Origin: Vulcanimicrobiota bacterium
Lineage (GTDB): Bacteria > Vulcanimicrobiota > Vulcanimicrobiia > Vulcanimicrobiales > Vulcanimicrobiaceae
Direction of reading: 5' to 3'
Assembly: GCA_003135555.1 (NCBI GenBank)
Contig: PLCF01000015.1
Span: forward strand, 1-48,815
DNA: 48,815 nucleotides
The translations under genes and the position numbers were made by a program. The notes under the pieces are model-generated. The model saw only the letters and a list, made by a program, of their open reading frames with translations, was not told the origin of the DNA and searched no databases. The first letter of the stretch is position 1; each line of letters starts with the position of its first letter. Of the stretch, positions 41,603-48,757 are shown piece after piece.

Positions 41603-42366
41603 TGTCGATTCTGGCGATGGAAGGCGTCACCCAGCGTTTCGGCGGGCTCGTGGCGGTGAACGACCTGAGCTTTGCGATTGAAGCCGGATCGATCGTCGCG
41701 ATGATCGGCCCCAACGGTGCGGGGAAGTCGACCGCTTTCAACCTCGTCACGGGGATCTACAAGCCGACCGCAGGCCGAATCGTCTTCGACGGAACCGATA
41801 TCACGGGCCGCAACAGCAGCAGGATCGCGCCGCTCGGCATCGCGCGAACGTTTCAGAACATTCGGCTGTTCGCGTTCATGTCGGCGATCGACAACGTCAT
41901 GACCGGCGAGCACGCGCGCTTGCGGGCGAACCTCGTGGACTCGCTCCTGCACACCCCTCGGCAGCGCAAAGAGGAGCGAGTCGCGCGGGAGCGCGGGATG
42001 GAGCTATTGCGCTTCGTCGGGCTCGAACGCTATGCGGAGAGCTACGCCCGCAATCTGCCTTACGGGTTCCAACGGCGGCTCGAGATCGCGCGCGCGCTCG
42101 GGACGAATCCGAAGCTGCTGCTCCTCGACGAGCCCGCTGCCGGGATGAATCCAACCGAGAAGCGCGACCTCATCACGCTGATCCGTGCGATACGCGAGCG
42201 CGGCGTCACCGTATTCCTCATCGAGCACGACATGGGGCTCGTGATGGAGATCTCCGAGCGCATCACCGTGCTCGACCACGGCGAGAAGATCGCCGAGGGC
42301 CTGCCGGCGGACGTGCGCAACGACCCCAAGGTGATCGAAGCGTATCTCGGGGCGCCGGCCGCATGA
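41602..42366 (+). CDS. livG: Branched-chain amino acid ABC ATP-binding protein
   Basis: FGGLVAV, GPNGAGKST, RTFQNIRLF, LDEPAAGMN, IEHDM. Confidence 0.93.
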   Translation: MSILAMEGVTQRFGGLVAVNDLSFAIEAGSIVAMIGPNGAGKSTAFNLVTGIYKPTAGRIVFDGTDITGRNSSRIAPLGIARTFQNIRLFAFMSAIDNVMTGEHARLRANLVDSLLHTPRQRKEERVARERGMELLRFVGLERYAESYARNLPYGFQRRLEIARALGTNPKLLLLDEPAAGMNPTEKRDLITLIRAIRERGVTVFLIEHDMGLVMEISERITVLDHGEKIAEGLPADVRNDPKVIEAYLGAPAA

Positions 42367-42385
42367 GCGGCACGCGGAGCGAGGC

Positions 42386-43105
42386 GTGATGGCGCTGCTT
42401 GAAGTCGAGAATCTGGTAGCACGGTACGGGCGCATCACCGCGCTCGACGGCATCGCGCTCACCGTGGAGCAAGGCGAGATCGTAACGCTGATCGGTGCCA
42501 ACGGCGCGGGTAAGACCACGACGTTGCGGACGATCAGCGGGCTGGTCCGCCCCGCAGCGGGAACGATCCGCTTCGACGGACGCGACATCTCGAAGCTGGC
42601 GCCTAACGACATCGTGCGGGCCGGGATCAGCCACTCGCCCGAGGGCCGTCACGTCTTCCCGCGCATGACGGTGCGCGAAAACCTCGAGTTGGGGGCGTAC
42701 ACGCGCACGGCGAAGTCCGAGATCGCCGAGGACACGGAACAAGTGCTGGGGATCTTTCCGCGCTTGCGCGAGCGCTACGAGCAAAAGGCCGGGACGATGT
42801 CGGGCGGGGAGCAACAGATGCTGGCGATCGCGCGCGCGATGATGTCGCGGCCGCGGCTGCTGCTGCTCGACGAGCCATCGTTAGGGCTCTCGCCGATCCT
42901 GGTGCAGACGATCTTCGGGGTGATTCGCGACATCAACGCGCGCGGCACGACCGTGCTGCTGATCGAGCAGAACGCGCGTCAAGCGCTCGCGGTCGCGGCG
43001 CGCGGGTACGTTCTCGAGGTCGGGCGAATCGCCCACTCCGGTGCCGCCGCCGAACTCTCGGCCAGTGAAGCAGTCCGCGCGGCGTATCTTGGAGGAGCAG
43101 CATGA
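42386..43105 (+). CDS. livF: Branched-chain amino acid ABC ATP-binding protein
   Basis: GANGAGKTT, PEGRHVF, MSGGEQQMLAIAR, LDEPSLGL, IEQNA. Confidence 0.93.
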   Translation: MMALLEVENLVARYGRITALDGIALTVEQGEIVTLIGANGAGKTTTLRTISGLVRPAAGTIRFDGRDISKLAPNDIVRAGISHSPEGRHVFPRMTVRENLELGAYTRTAKSEIAEDTEQVLGIFPRLRERYEQKAGTMSGGEQQMLAIARAMMSRPRLLLLDEPSLGLSPILVQTIFGVIRDINARGTTVLLIEQNARQALAVAARGYVLEVGRIAHSGAAAELSASEAVRAAYLGGAA

Positions 43106-43635
43106 ACGGCAGCGCCGGCGGCATGAGCCCGGCTTTGATCAGCCTGGCGGTCGGACTGGTCGTCATCGTGCGGTTCTTGTTTCGCGAGCTGCGCGAACGC
43201 ACGGTGAAGGTCCGGACGCTGTGGATTCGCCCGGGGATCATCGCGCTGCTCACGGTCGGATTTGCGGTGGCGGCGTTCGCGCGCCCAAGCGTGAATCCAG
43301 GGCTGTTCGTTCTGATGCTGCTCGCCGGCGCGGCCGTGGGGGTCCTCACCGGGGTGCTGGTCCTGGGCTCGACGACGTTCGCGCCGGCCGGCATCGCGGG
43401 GGCGGTGCGGGTGCGCGGCAGCGTCGTCACCGTGATCGTCTGGATCGCGGCGCTCTCGTTGCGCTTGGCGGCGCGGTTCGTGGTGGGCGGAGCCGGCGCC
43501 GATCTGACGACGCAGTACGAGCTCAACGCGGGGTTGCTGGCGCTTCTCGCCGGGGCGTTCATTGTCGTGGCGCTGGGATTCCATCGCGCCATCGACCGGC
43601 TCGCGCCGGATGCTACGGTGGCGCGAACGCTCTAG
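43102..43635 (+). CDS. Membrane protein (CcdC/DUF1453-like)
   Basis: About 5 hydrophobic helices; ATGA overlap with the livF stop. Confidence 0.65.
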   Translation: MNGSAGGMSPALISLAVGLVVIVRFLFRELRERTVKVRTLWIRPGIIALLTVGFAVAAFARPSVNPGLFVLMLLAGAAVGVLTGVLVLGSTTFAPAGIAGAVRVRGSVVTVIVWIAALSLRLAARFVVGGAGADLTTQYELNAGLLALLAGAFIVVALGFHRAIDRLAPDATVARTL

Positions 43636-43838
43636 GCGTAGCCGAGCGCGTCGCCGGACAAGGCGATGTAGAGGTCGAGCAACTCGTCGAAGACCTGCCG
43701 GACGCGCGGGTCCGGGCTACGCCGGGCCATCACGCCGGCGGCACGCACCAGCTCGTCGATCCGCGGCAGCTTCTCGACGACGGGCTCGGGCGACGCGACG
43801 ATCGCGTCCCGTTCCTCGGTGATTCCGACCAGTGTCAT
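43632..43838 (-). CDS. Small helical protein, paralog B
   Basis: AGGAG SD; 68 aa ending VFDELLDLYIALSGDALGYA; similar to 43934-44125. Confidence 0.7.
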   Translation of the reverse strand: MTLVGITEERDAIVASPEPVVEKLPRIDELVRAAGVMARRSPDPRVRQVFDELLDLYIALSGDALGYA

Positions 43839-43880
43839 GGCTGGATGCTCCTGCTCTTGCGGCACACCGCCGTACCGCTT

Positions 43881-43907
43881 GTATCGGCAGCCCGCCCGAG
43901 AAGTTTA
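43881..43907 (-). promoter_or_regulatory. Sigma28 (FliA/SigD/WhiG)-type promoter
   Basis: Minus strand TAAA-N15-GCCGATAC. Confidence 0.7.
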
Positions 43908-43933
43908 TCGCCCGGTCCGGCGGCCAGCCCGGT

Positions 43934-44125
43934 CTACGTGCTCAGAATCGCGTCCGCGCTGAGCCGGACGTACAGATCGAGGACCTCGTCGTAGACGTCG
44001 CGGGCGCTCACGGCGACCGATGCGGCCCGGCGTAACAGGGCGTCGGCGCGTTCCAGGCGCTCCGCCGTGGGCCGGCTGGAGGCGGCAATCGCGTCGAGTT
44101 CGTCCGTGATCTGATCGAGGCTCAT
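43934..44125 (-). CDS. Small helical protein, paralog A
   Basis: GGAGGG SD; 63 aa ending VYDEVLDLYVRLSADAILST. Confidence 0.7.
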   Translation of the reverse strand: MSLDQITDELDAIAASSRPTAERLERADALLRRAASVAVSARDVYDEVLDLYVRLSADAILST

Positions 44126-44153
44126 GGGCGGCCCTCCGTGGTCCACTACTGCC

Positions 44154-44181
44154 GTATCGGCGCGCAGCCCACGGGATATTA
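44154..44181 (-). promoter_or_regulatory. Sigma28-type promoter
   Basis: Minus strand TAAT-N16-GCCGATAC. Confidence 0.55.
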
Positions 44182-44206
44182 CCGCGCGGCCGCGGAGTGC
44201 CGCTCG

Positions 44207-44746
44207 TCAGGCCGGGGTCGTACCGTCGAAGAAGGGGCGCAGCTCGCCGACGAACGTGTCGGTGTTGTGGATGCTGCGCAGCACCACGATGATGGCGTCA
44301 CGGGGGAAGCCCGACTCCAACGTGACGGTGTAGCCGCAGAAGACGTCGCCGGTGTCGTCCGCGCCCCAGAACAAGAAGTTCTGGTCGCTCAGATACAACA
44401 GCCTGCGCATCAGCCCCGACTGATCTCGTGCCTTGCCGAGGTTGATGTAACCGCCGCGGTAGTGAGGATAGACGCGAAAGCCGATGGTGTTGCTCTTCGT
44501 GACGCTTACGATGACTTCGAGCGAGGCGGCGTTCTTCAAGCCGCTGGTAGCCGAGCCGAAGAAGTTGTACGGGTTCTTCGTGCTTTGCTGGAACGTGATG
44601 TTCACGTCGGACCGAGCACCCGCCGAATTGAGGACTTGGCGGACCTGTTCGCGTGTAGCGTCGCGCTCCGCGTCCTGCGCCTTCGCGGACGACGCGCAGG
44701 TGAGCACGGCAAACACGATCACAGCACAGAATCGTAGCAAGCGCAT
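44207..44746 (-). CDS. Hypothetical secreted protein
   Basis: Signal peptide MRLLRFCAVIVFAVLTCASSAKA-Q; globular body. Confidence 0.7.
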   Translation of the reverse strand: MRLLRFCAVIVFAVLTCASSAKAQDAERDATREQVRQVLNSAGARSDVNITFQQSTKNPYNFFGSATSGLKNAASLEVIVSVTKSNTIGFRVYPHYRGGYINLGKARDQSGLMRRLLYLSDQNFLFWGADDTGDVFCGYTVTLESGFPRDAIIVVLRSIHNTDTFVGELRPFFDGTTPA

Positions 44747-44842
44747 GGCTGAGTAATATTTAGTCCGACTGCCCGGGTCCTTCAAGCGAGGCGAACCCGG
44801 GCCCGAACACGCTCGTGCGGGGGCCGGGGCACCCCGACGTCG

Positions 44843-44874
44843 ACCGGACGGGCCCGCGTACGGGCCCGCCCGGT
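44843..44874 (-). terminator. GC-rich hairpin just downstream of rsr
   Basis: 14-bp stem (ACCGGGCGGGCCCG / CGGGCCCGTCCGGT on minus) with a 4-nt loop, 8 nt after the stop; no clear U tract. Confidence 0.5.
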
Positions 44875-44882
44875 TCGTTCGT

Positions 44883-46490
44883 TCACGCCTTCCGCGCGAA
44901 GTCCGCGATCAGCGCGGGCGTCGCGGCGTCGAAGCCCACGACGTCGAGCATGCCGCCGTCGTTGGGGTCCGCGATGGTGAACCCGTTCGACGTCATGCCG
45001 ACCACGACGAGCTTCGCCGGAATGCCCATCCGCTCGCGGTAGCGCCGCAGCGCCTCGTCCGGGTGGATGGTGCCGGCCCACGTCTCCGAGTCCGTCATGA
45101 TGAGGAACAGGTCGACCGTGAGCCGCCGCTCGAGCGCGTAGAGCATCGGGAGCGCGCAGTCCGTTCCCATGAACGGCAGCGCGGCCGTGCGCTGCACGAC
45201 CGAGTCGACGCTTTCGGCCTTGCCGATCTCGAACGGCACGAAGTCGTCCGCGAACGCCATGACCCGCACCGCCTCCTCGGTGCGCACGTGCGTGAGCGCC
45301 ATCGCCGCCGCGCCGACGCGCGGCGTGATCCCCGGGATACCGGCGATCGTGCCGCTCGACATCGAGCCCGACACGTCGAGCCCGATCAGCGTGCGCGCAC
45401 CGGTCGGCTCGACGTTCTCGAACGCCAGCGCGAACGCCGCGTCGAGCGCGTCGACGACCGCCGGCACCGGCGTCCACGTCGCCGAGCCGCGCACGCCGCG
45501 TCCCGACTTGTAGGTCGTGAGCGCCGCGAGCAGCGCGATCGGGTGGATACGTGCCTTGCGCAGCGCCGTCCGATCCGTGATCCGCGCGATCACCGGTGCG
45601 GTCGCCTCGCCCTTGGGCGTGAGCAGACCGACCCGCGTGAGCGTCGCGAGGTTACGGATCAGGGCCGTCATCGGCAGTCCCGGGAGCAGCGCCTCCCAAA
45701 CACGCGGCTCCTTGAGCCACGCGCTCGGCAGCGCTTCACGCGGGAGCCCGGTCGCGCGCACCAGCTCCGCGCACGTTGCGGCGTCGGCGCCCTCCGACAC
45801 CTTGGCCGTTGCGTGCGCGCGCAGGAGCGACAGCGCCTGGAACTCCTCCGTCGGGACGTCGCCCTTCACGATCCACGCATAGAGCGCGGCGCGCTCGGCG
45901 TCCGCGGCGAGCGGGTGCGCGAGACGGAAGACGTCACGGTGCGTGAAGCCCTCGCGGTTCTGGTACTTGAGCGCCTGGTACGCGAGATCGCGGACCGGCT
46001 TCGCCTCGTACCAGCCACGCAGACCGCGGCGCAGGCCGCGGCCCCAGCCGCGGAACTGCTCGATGAACGAGCAGAACGTGAGCAGGTGCGAGCCCGTGCG
46101 GCACACGCGCTGCAGGCCCTCGCCCAGTGCGAAGCTGCGCGTCGCCTCGTCGCCGAAGCCGGCGCACGCGGCCAGCGCGAAAATCGCCGGCTGCACCTTC
46201 GGCGCGCGACCGCTCTCGGAGAGCTCGATCACGCGTGCGACGACCCGACGGCCGTCCTCGCGAATGGCGTCGACGAGGTTCACCGCGTTCTCCTTGGTGA
46301 GCCGGTCCTCGGTCGCGTAGTACGTACCCGATTCGGCACCGAGAATCAGAAAGCGGTCGACGCGCGCCCAGCGGTCGAGCGGGTAGACGTAGCCGCCGTT
46401 GTCGGCGCGCACCTGGGCGCGACCCGGCTGCGGCTGCGTCTGCAGCGTGCCCGCGGCGCGGCCGCGGAAGATCCGTGCGAGCATGTTCAT
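44883..46490 (-). CDS. rsr: Ro60 ortholog (TROVE + vWA domain RNA-binding protein)
   Basis: DNGGYV, RFLILGAESGTYY, RTGSHL, RGWGRGLRR, KYQNREGFTHRD, ALIRNL, ARIHP, LDVSGSM (MIDAS), GTDCALP, TDSETW, IADPND.GMLDVVGFD. Confidence 0.95.
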   Translation of the reverse strand: MNMLARIFRGRAAGTLQTQPQPGRAQVRADNGGYVYPLDRWARVDRFLILGAESGTYYATEDRLTKENAVNLVDAIREDGRRVVARVIELSESGRAPKVQPAIFALAACAGFGDEATRSFALGEGLQRVCRTGSHLLTFCSFIEQFRGWGRGLRRGLRGWYEAKPVRDLAYQALKYQNREGFTHRDVFRLAHPLAADAERAALYAWIVKGDVPTEEFQALSLLRAHATAKVSEGADAATCAELVRATGLPREALPSAWLKEPRVWEALLPGLPMTALIRNLATLTRVGLLTPKGEATAPVIARITDRTALRKARIHPIALLAALTTYKSGRGVRGSATWTPVPAVVDALDAAFALAFENVEPTGARTLIGLDVSGSMSSGTIAGIPGITPRVGAAAMALTHVRTEEAVRVMAFADDFVPFEIGKAESVDSVVQRTAALPFMGTDCALPMLYALERRLTVDLFLIMTDSETWAGTIHPDEALRRYRERMGIPAKLVVVGMTSNGFTIADPNDGGMLDVVGFDAATPALIADFARKA

Positions 46491-46543
46491 GTGGTGTCCC
46501 TCCCTTCGTGCGTGAGATCGAGGTGATGATGAATGCGAGCCGG

Positions 46544-46680
46544 AGCCCGCGGGCAAGTGATGTTCGAGGGTGGGCTTGCGCCCCGCGCTCTACCACTGAG
46601 CTACGTGCGATGCACGGCGGGAATCGAACCCGCGCCTCTCGTTTAGCAGACGATAACCTCGGACGTTCGGCCCGCAAGCC
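46544..46680 (-). ncRNA. yrlA: Y RNA, YrlA type (permuted tRNA-like domain)
   Basis: 5' GGCUUGCGGGC-CGAA pairs with 3' CUU-GCCCGCGGGCU (bulged-C Ro site). Internal T arm GCGGG-UUCGAUU-CCCGC, loop-closed acceptor-like stem CGUGC-AUC-GCACG, then D arm UA-GCUC-AGUGGUA-GAGC. Confidence 0.9.
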
Positions 46681-46683
46681 GAA

Positions 46684-46792
46684 ACCGTGGACGAGCGATT
46701 GTTCGAGGAGTGAGGCTCACCCGTAGCGGACTCGCCCCATGCGCTTTCGCGCGGTCGTGAGGAACGATAACCTCGAACGTCCGGCCCACGGC
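46684..46792 (-). ncRNA. Y RNA without tRNA-like domain (YrlB-like)
   Basis: 5' GCCGUGGGCCGGAC-GUUCGAGG-UUAUCG pairs with 3' CCUCGAAC...CUCGUCCACGGU; 5' segment nearly identical to the neighbouring YrlA; GAAA-capped hairpin. Confidence 0.8.
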
Positions 46793-46812
46793 GGCCGGCT
46801 CATGATTGTGAG

Positions 46813-46951
46813 GACTCGCAGACGAATGGTGGTGCGGGAGCGGGACGACACCTCGCGTCCCTCGCCGACATTGCGCGGCTTGCGCCGCACGCCGCCTTTT
46901 GGATTCGAACCAGTAGCTTCCAGAGAACCCGCACCGTCCGGCCCGCGAGCC
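46813..46951 (-). ncRNA. Third Y RNA with T-loop-like element
   Basis: 5' GGCUCGCGGGC-CGGAC-GGUGCGGG pairs with 3' CCCGCACC...UUC-GUCUGCGAGUC; contains UGG-UUCGAAU-CCA and a GCAA-capped hairpin; begins 4 nt after the rtcB stop. Confidence 0.75.
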
Positions 46952-46955
46952 GGGA

Positions 46956-48146
46956 TCAGCCCTTGATGCAGACCACCTGGCGGAGCGTGTGTACGATCCG
47001 TACCAGATCGTGCTGCGCCGCCATGACGTCGTCGATGTCCTTGTACGCGGACGGTGCCTCGTCGAGGACGCCCGCGTCCTTGCGGCATTCGACGCCGTGC
47101 GTCTCGCGCGCGAGATCCTTGAGCGTGAGCGTGCGCATCGCCTCGCCGCGGCTCATCCGGCGGCCGGCGCCGTGCGAGCACGACTCGAACGATTCCGGAT
47201 TGCCGAGACCGCGCACGACGAACGAGCGCGCGCCCATCGAGCCGGGGATGAAGCCGAGCTCGTCGAGGCCGGCGCGGACCGCACCCTTGCGCGTCACGTA
47301 CACGTCGGCACCGAAGTGCCGTTCGCGCGCGACGTAGTTGTGGTGGCAGTTCACGACGGTCTCGGCGCGCGCGAAGCGCGGCAGCTTGACCTTGCCGTCG
47401 CGCAGCGCCTCGAGCGCGTTCTCCATCATGATCTCGCGGTTGGTGCGAGCGTAGTCCTGCGCCCAGCCTACCGCGTCCACGTAGGCGTCGAACGCCGGCG
47501 TGTTCTCGGTGAGGTGGGCGAGGTCGCGATCGGCGATCGTGACGCCGGCGCGCTCGAGCTCCTCGTGCGCGCGCTCGATGTAGAACGAGCCGATGCGATT
47601 GCCCGCGCCGCGCGAGCCCGAGTGCAGGACGAGCCAGACGTCGCCCGCTTCGTCAAGGCAGACCTCGCAGAAGTGGTTGCCGCCGCCCATCGTGCCGAGC
47701 TGCTCGCGCACGTTGCGGGTCGAGACCTTCGGCGCGCGCTCGACCACGCGGTCGTAGCGCTCGCCGAGGTCGGCCTTCCACGCGCGCTCCGCCGCCGGCG
47801 TCGCATCGCGGTGAGCCGCCTTACCGACCGGCACCACGTGCTCGATCGCCTTGCGAATGCCGCGGAGGTCCGTCGGAAGGTCCTCGGCGCGCAGGGTGAG
47901 CTTCTGCGCGATCATGCCGCAGCCGATGTCGACGCCGACCGCGGCCGGAACGATCGCACCGATCGTCGGGATGACGCTGCCCACGGTCGCGCCGCGGCCC
48001 AAGTGGACGTCGGGCATCACCGCGACGTGCGAGTGCACGAACGGCAGCGAGGCCATGTTGGCGACCTGCTTGCGCGCGTTTTCGTCGAACTCGACGCCGT
48101 CGACCCACGCCTTGATCGGGTGGCCGGCGTTCTCGATCACTTCCAC
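46956..48146 (-). CDS. rtcB: RNA-splicing ligase RtcB
   Basis: MPDVHLG.GATVG, AVGVDIGCGM, LGTMGGGNHF, LHSGSRG, HHNY, RKGA, IPGSMG, SCSHGAGR, DEAPSAYKDI; AAGGAGG SD before the GTG at 48146. Confidence 0.96.
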   Translation of the reverse strand: MEVIENAGHPIKAWVDGVEFDENARKQVANMASLPFVHSHVAVMPDVHLGRGATVGSVIPTIGAIVPAAVGVDIGCGMIAQKLTLRAEDLPTDLRGIRKAIEHVVPVGKAAHRDATPAAERAWKADLGERYDRVVERAPKVSTRNVREQLGTMGGGNHFCEVCLDEAGDVWLVLHSGSRGAGNRIGSFYIERAHEELERAGVTIADRDLAHLTENTPAFDAYVDAVGWAQDYARTNREIMMENALEALRDGKVKLPRFARAETVVNCHHNYVARERHFGADVYVTRKGAVRAGLDELGFIPGSMGARSFVVRGLGNPESFESCSHGAGRRMSRGEAMRTLTLKDLARETHGVECRKDAGVLDEAPSAYKDIDDVMAAQHDLVRIVHTLRQVVCIKG

Positions 48147-48165
48147 GGTGATGCCCTCCTTTCGG

Positions 48166-48203
48166 AAAAATAAGAAGCGGGGTGAGCGCATCGCTCACCC
48201 CGC
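48166..48203 (-). terminator. Intrinsic terminator in the rtcB leader (attenuator)
   Basis: Perfect 12-bp stem GCGGGGTGAGCG/CGCTCACCCCGC followed on minus by UUCUUAUUUUU; lies between the promoter and the rtcB SD. Confidence 0.85.
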
Positions 48204-48232
48204 CTTCGGCGTTCGTGGTTTGCGCTCGAGTG

Positions 48233-48334
48233 TTAGGTTCGGCTCGCCCCGATCGGCGTGCACGCCGTCAGCGGCTTCCGCGAGGCGGAGCCGTGATTTC
48301 GATCGAGGCCGGAGACGTACGATGGTGTTTGCAT
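48233..48334 (-). CDS. Putative leader peptide of the rtcB operon (33 aa)
   Basis: MQTPSYVSGLDRNHGSASRKPLTACTPIGASRT*; starts ~10 nt after the predicted TSS and ends ~30 nt before the terminator. Confidence 0.5.
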   Translation of the reverse strand: MQTPSYVSGLDRNHGSASRKPLTACTPIGASRT

Positions 48335-48350
48335 GATGAACTCGGGAAGA

Positions 48351-48380
48351 AGCGTACGCGACGATTGCGACCTTTGTCAA
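48351..48380 (-). promoter_or_regulatory. Sigma70-type promoter for the rtcB-Y RNA-rsr operon
   Basis: Minus strand TTGACA (48380-48375)-N18-TACGCT (48356-48351). Confidence 0.65.
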
Positions 48381-48446
48381 GGTGTCGGCGCGCGTTTTTC
48401 GACTGGCGTCGATTGTGGAGATCGAAAAAGATTTTATGAGAACCGC

Positions 48447-48476
48447 TTGACAAGCAGCTAGACTTCGCTCTAGGAT
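48447..48476 (+). promoter_or_regulatory. Sigma70-type promoter for the tRNA array
   Basis: TTGACA (48447-48452)-N18-TAGGAT (48471-48476). Confidence 0.7.
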
Positions 48477-48485
48477 CGGTCCGTT

Positions 48486-48617
48486 ATGATGCAACGATCC
48501 GCATCGGCCCGCCCATCATCCAAAGGCCACTCGCTATGGTCTTTAGATTCGTATTGCCTTAGCGCGAATACGTTTGGGCGAGTCGCGGCGAAGCCGGAAG
48601 GCATCGTCGTATCGTAG
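48486..48617 (+). CDS. Putative leader peptide of the tRNA array (43 aa)
   Basis: MMQRSASARPSSKGHSLWSLDSYCLSANTFGRVAAKPEGIVVS*; ATG ~3 nt after the predicted TSS; many A/T-ending codons. Confidence 0.45.
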   Translation: MMQRSASARPSSKGHSLWSLDSYCLSANTFGRVAAKPEGIVVS

Positions 48618-48645
48618 CTGTCGCACCGGAGCTCTTGTAGGTTTA

Positions 48646-48685
48646 CGAGGGGATCGGCGCACAGCCGGTCCCCTCGGTCGTTTCC
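48646..48685 (+). terminator. Strong hairpin / weak terminator ahead of the first tRNA
   Basis: 13-bp stem CGAGGGGATCGGC / GCCGGTCCCCTCG (one G-U), loop GCACA, followed by GTCGTTTCC (poor U tract). Confidence 0.55.
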
Positions 48686-48686
48686 T

Positions 48687-48754
48687 GGGTCCGTGTCGTG
48701 GCGACGGGCGCGATTCCAACCCGCGCAGTGGGCGTTCGACTCGTCCCGGACCCG
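48687..48754 (+). tRNA. Atypical tRNA-Trp(CCA) with truncated D-arm
   Basis: Acceptor GGGTCCG/CGGACCC + G73; anticodon loop TT-CCA-AC; T arm GGGCG-TTCGACT-CGTCC; D arm only GTCG-TGG-CGAC; no encoded CCA end. Confidence 0.7.
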
Positions 48755-48757
48755 CAT

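Noticed and set aside
46587..46633. D-arm and T-arm sequences as a true tRNA gene
   Set aside because: The arms are in permuted order, the acceptor stem is closed by a loop and there is no anticodon arm; this is the YrlA Y RNA domain.
46544..46951. Repeated GGGCCGRAC...UUAUC segments as a CRISPR array
   Set aside because: Repeats are degenerate, units are over 100 nt and self-paired end to end, and there are no cas genes.
46717..47181. ORFs overlapping the rtcB-rsr gap (46717-47181, 46739-46966, 46475-46726)
   Set aside because: Arg/Pro-rich nonsense translations over structured RNA genes.
45063..48173. Long plus-strand ORFs 45063-46526 and 46989-48173
   Set aside because: Antisense shadows of rsr and rtcB.
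48150..48450. Sigma54/RtcR control of rtcB
   Set aside because: No TGGCAC-N5-TTGC motif seen on the minus strand and no rtcR in the window; it cannot be excluded elsewhere in the genome.
48195..48757. Track ORFs 48195-48494, 48182-48439, 48268-48453 and 48470-48757
   Set aside because: They cross promoters, hairpins or tRNA genes and lack SD or family features; the shorter TSS-proximal leaders fit better.
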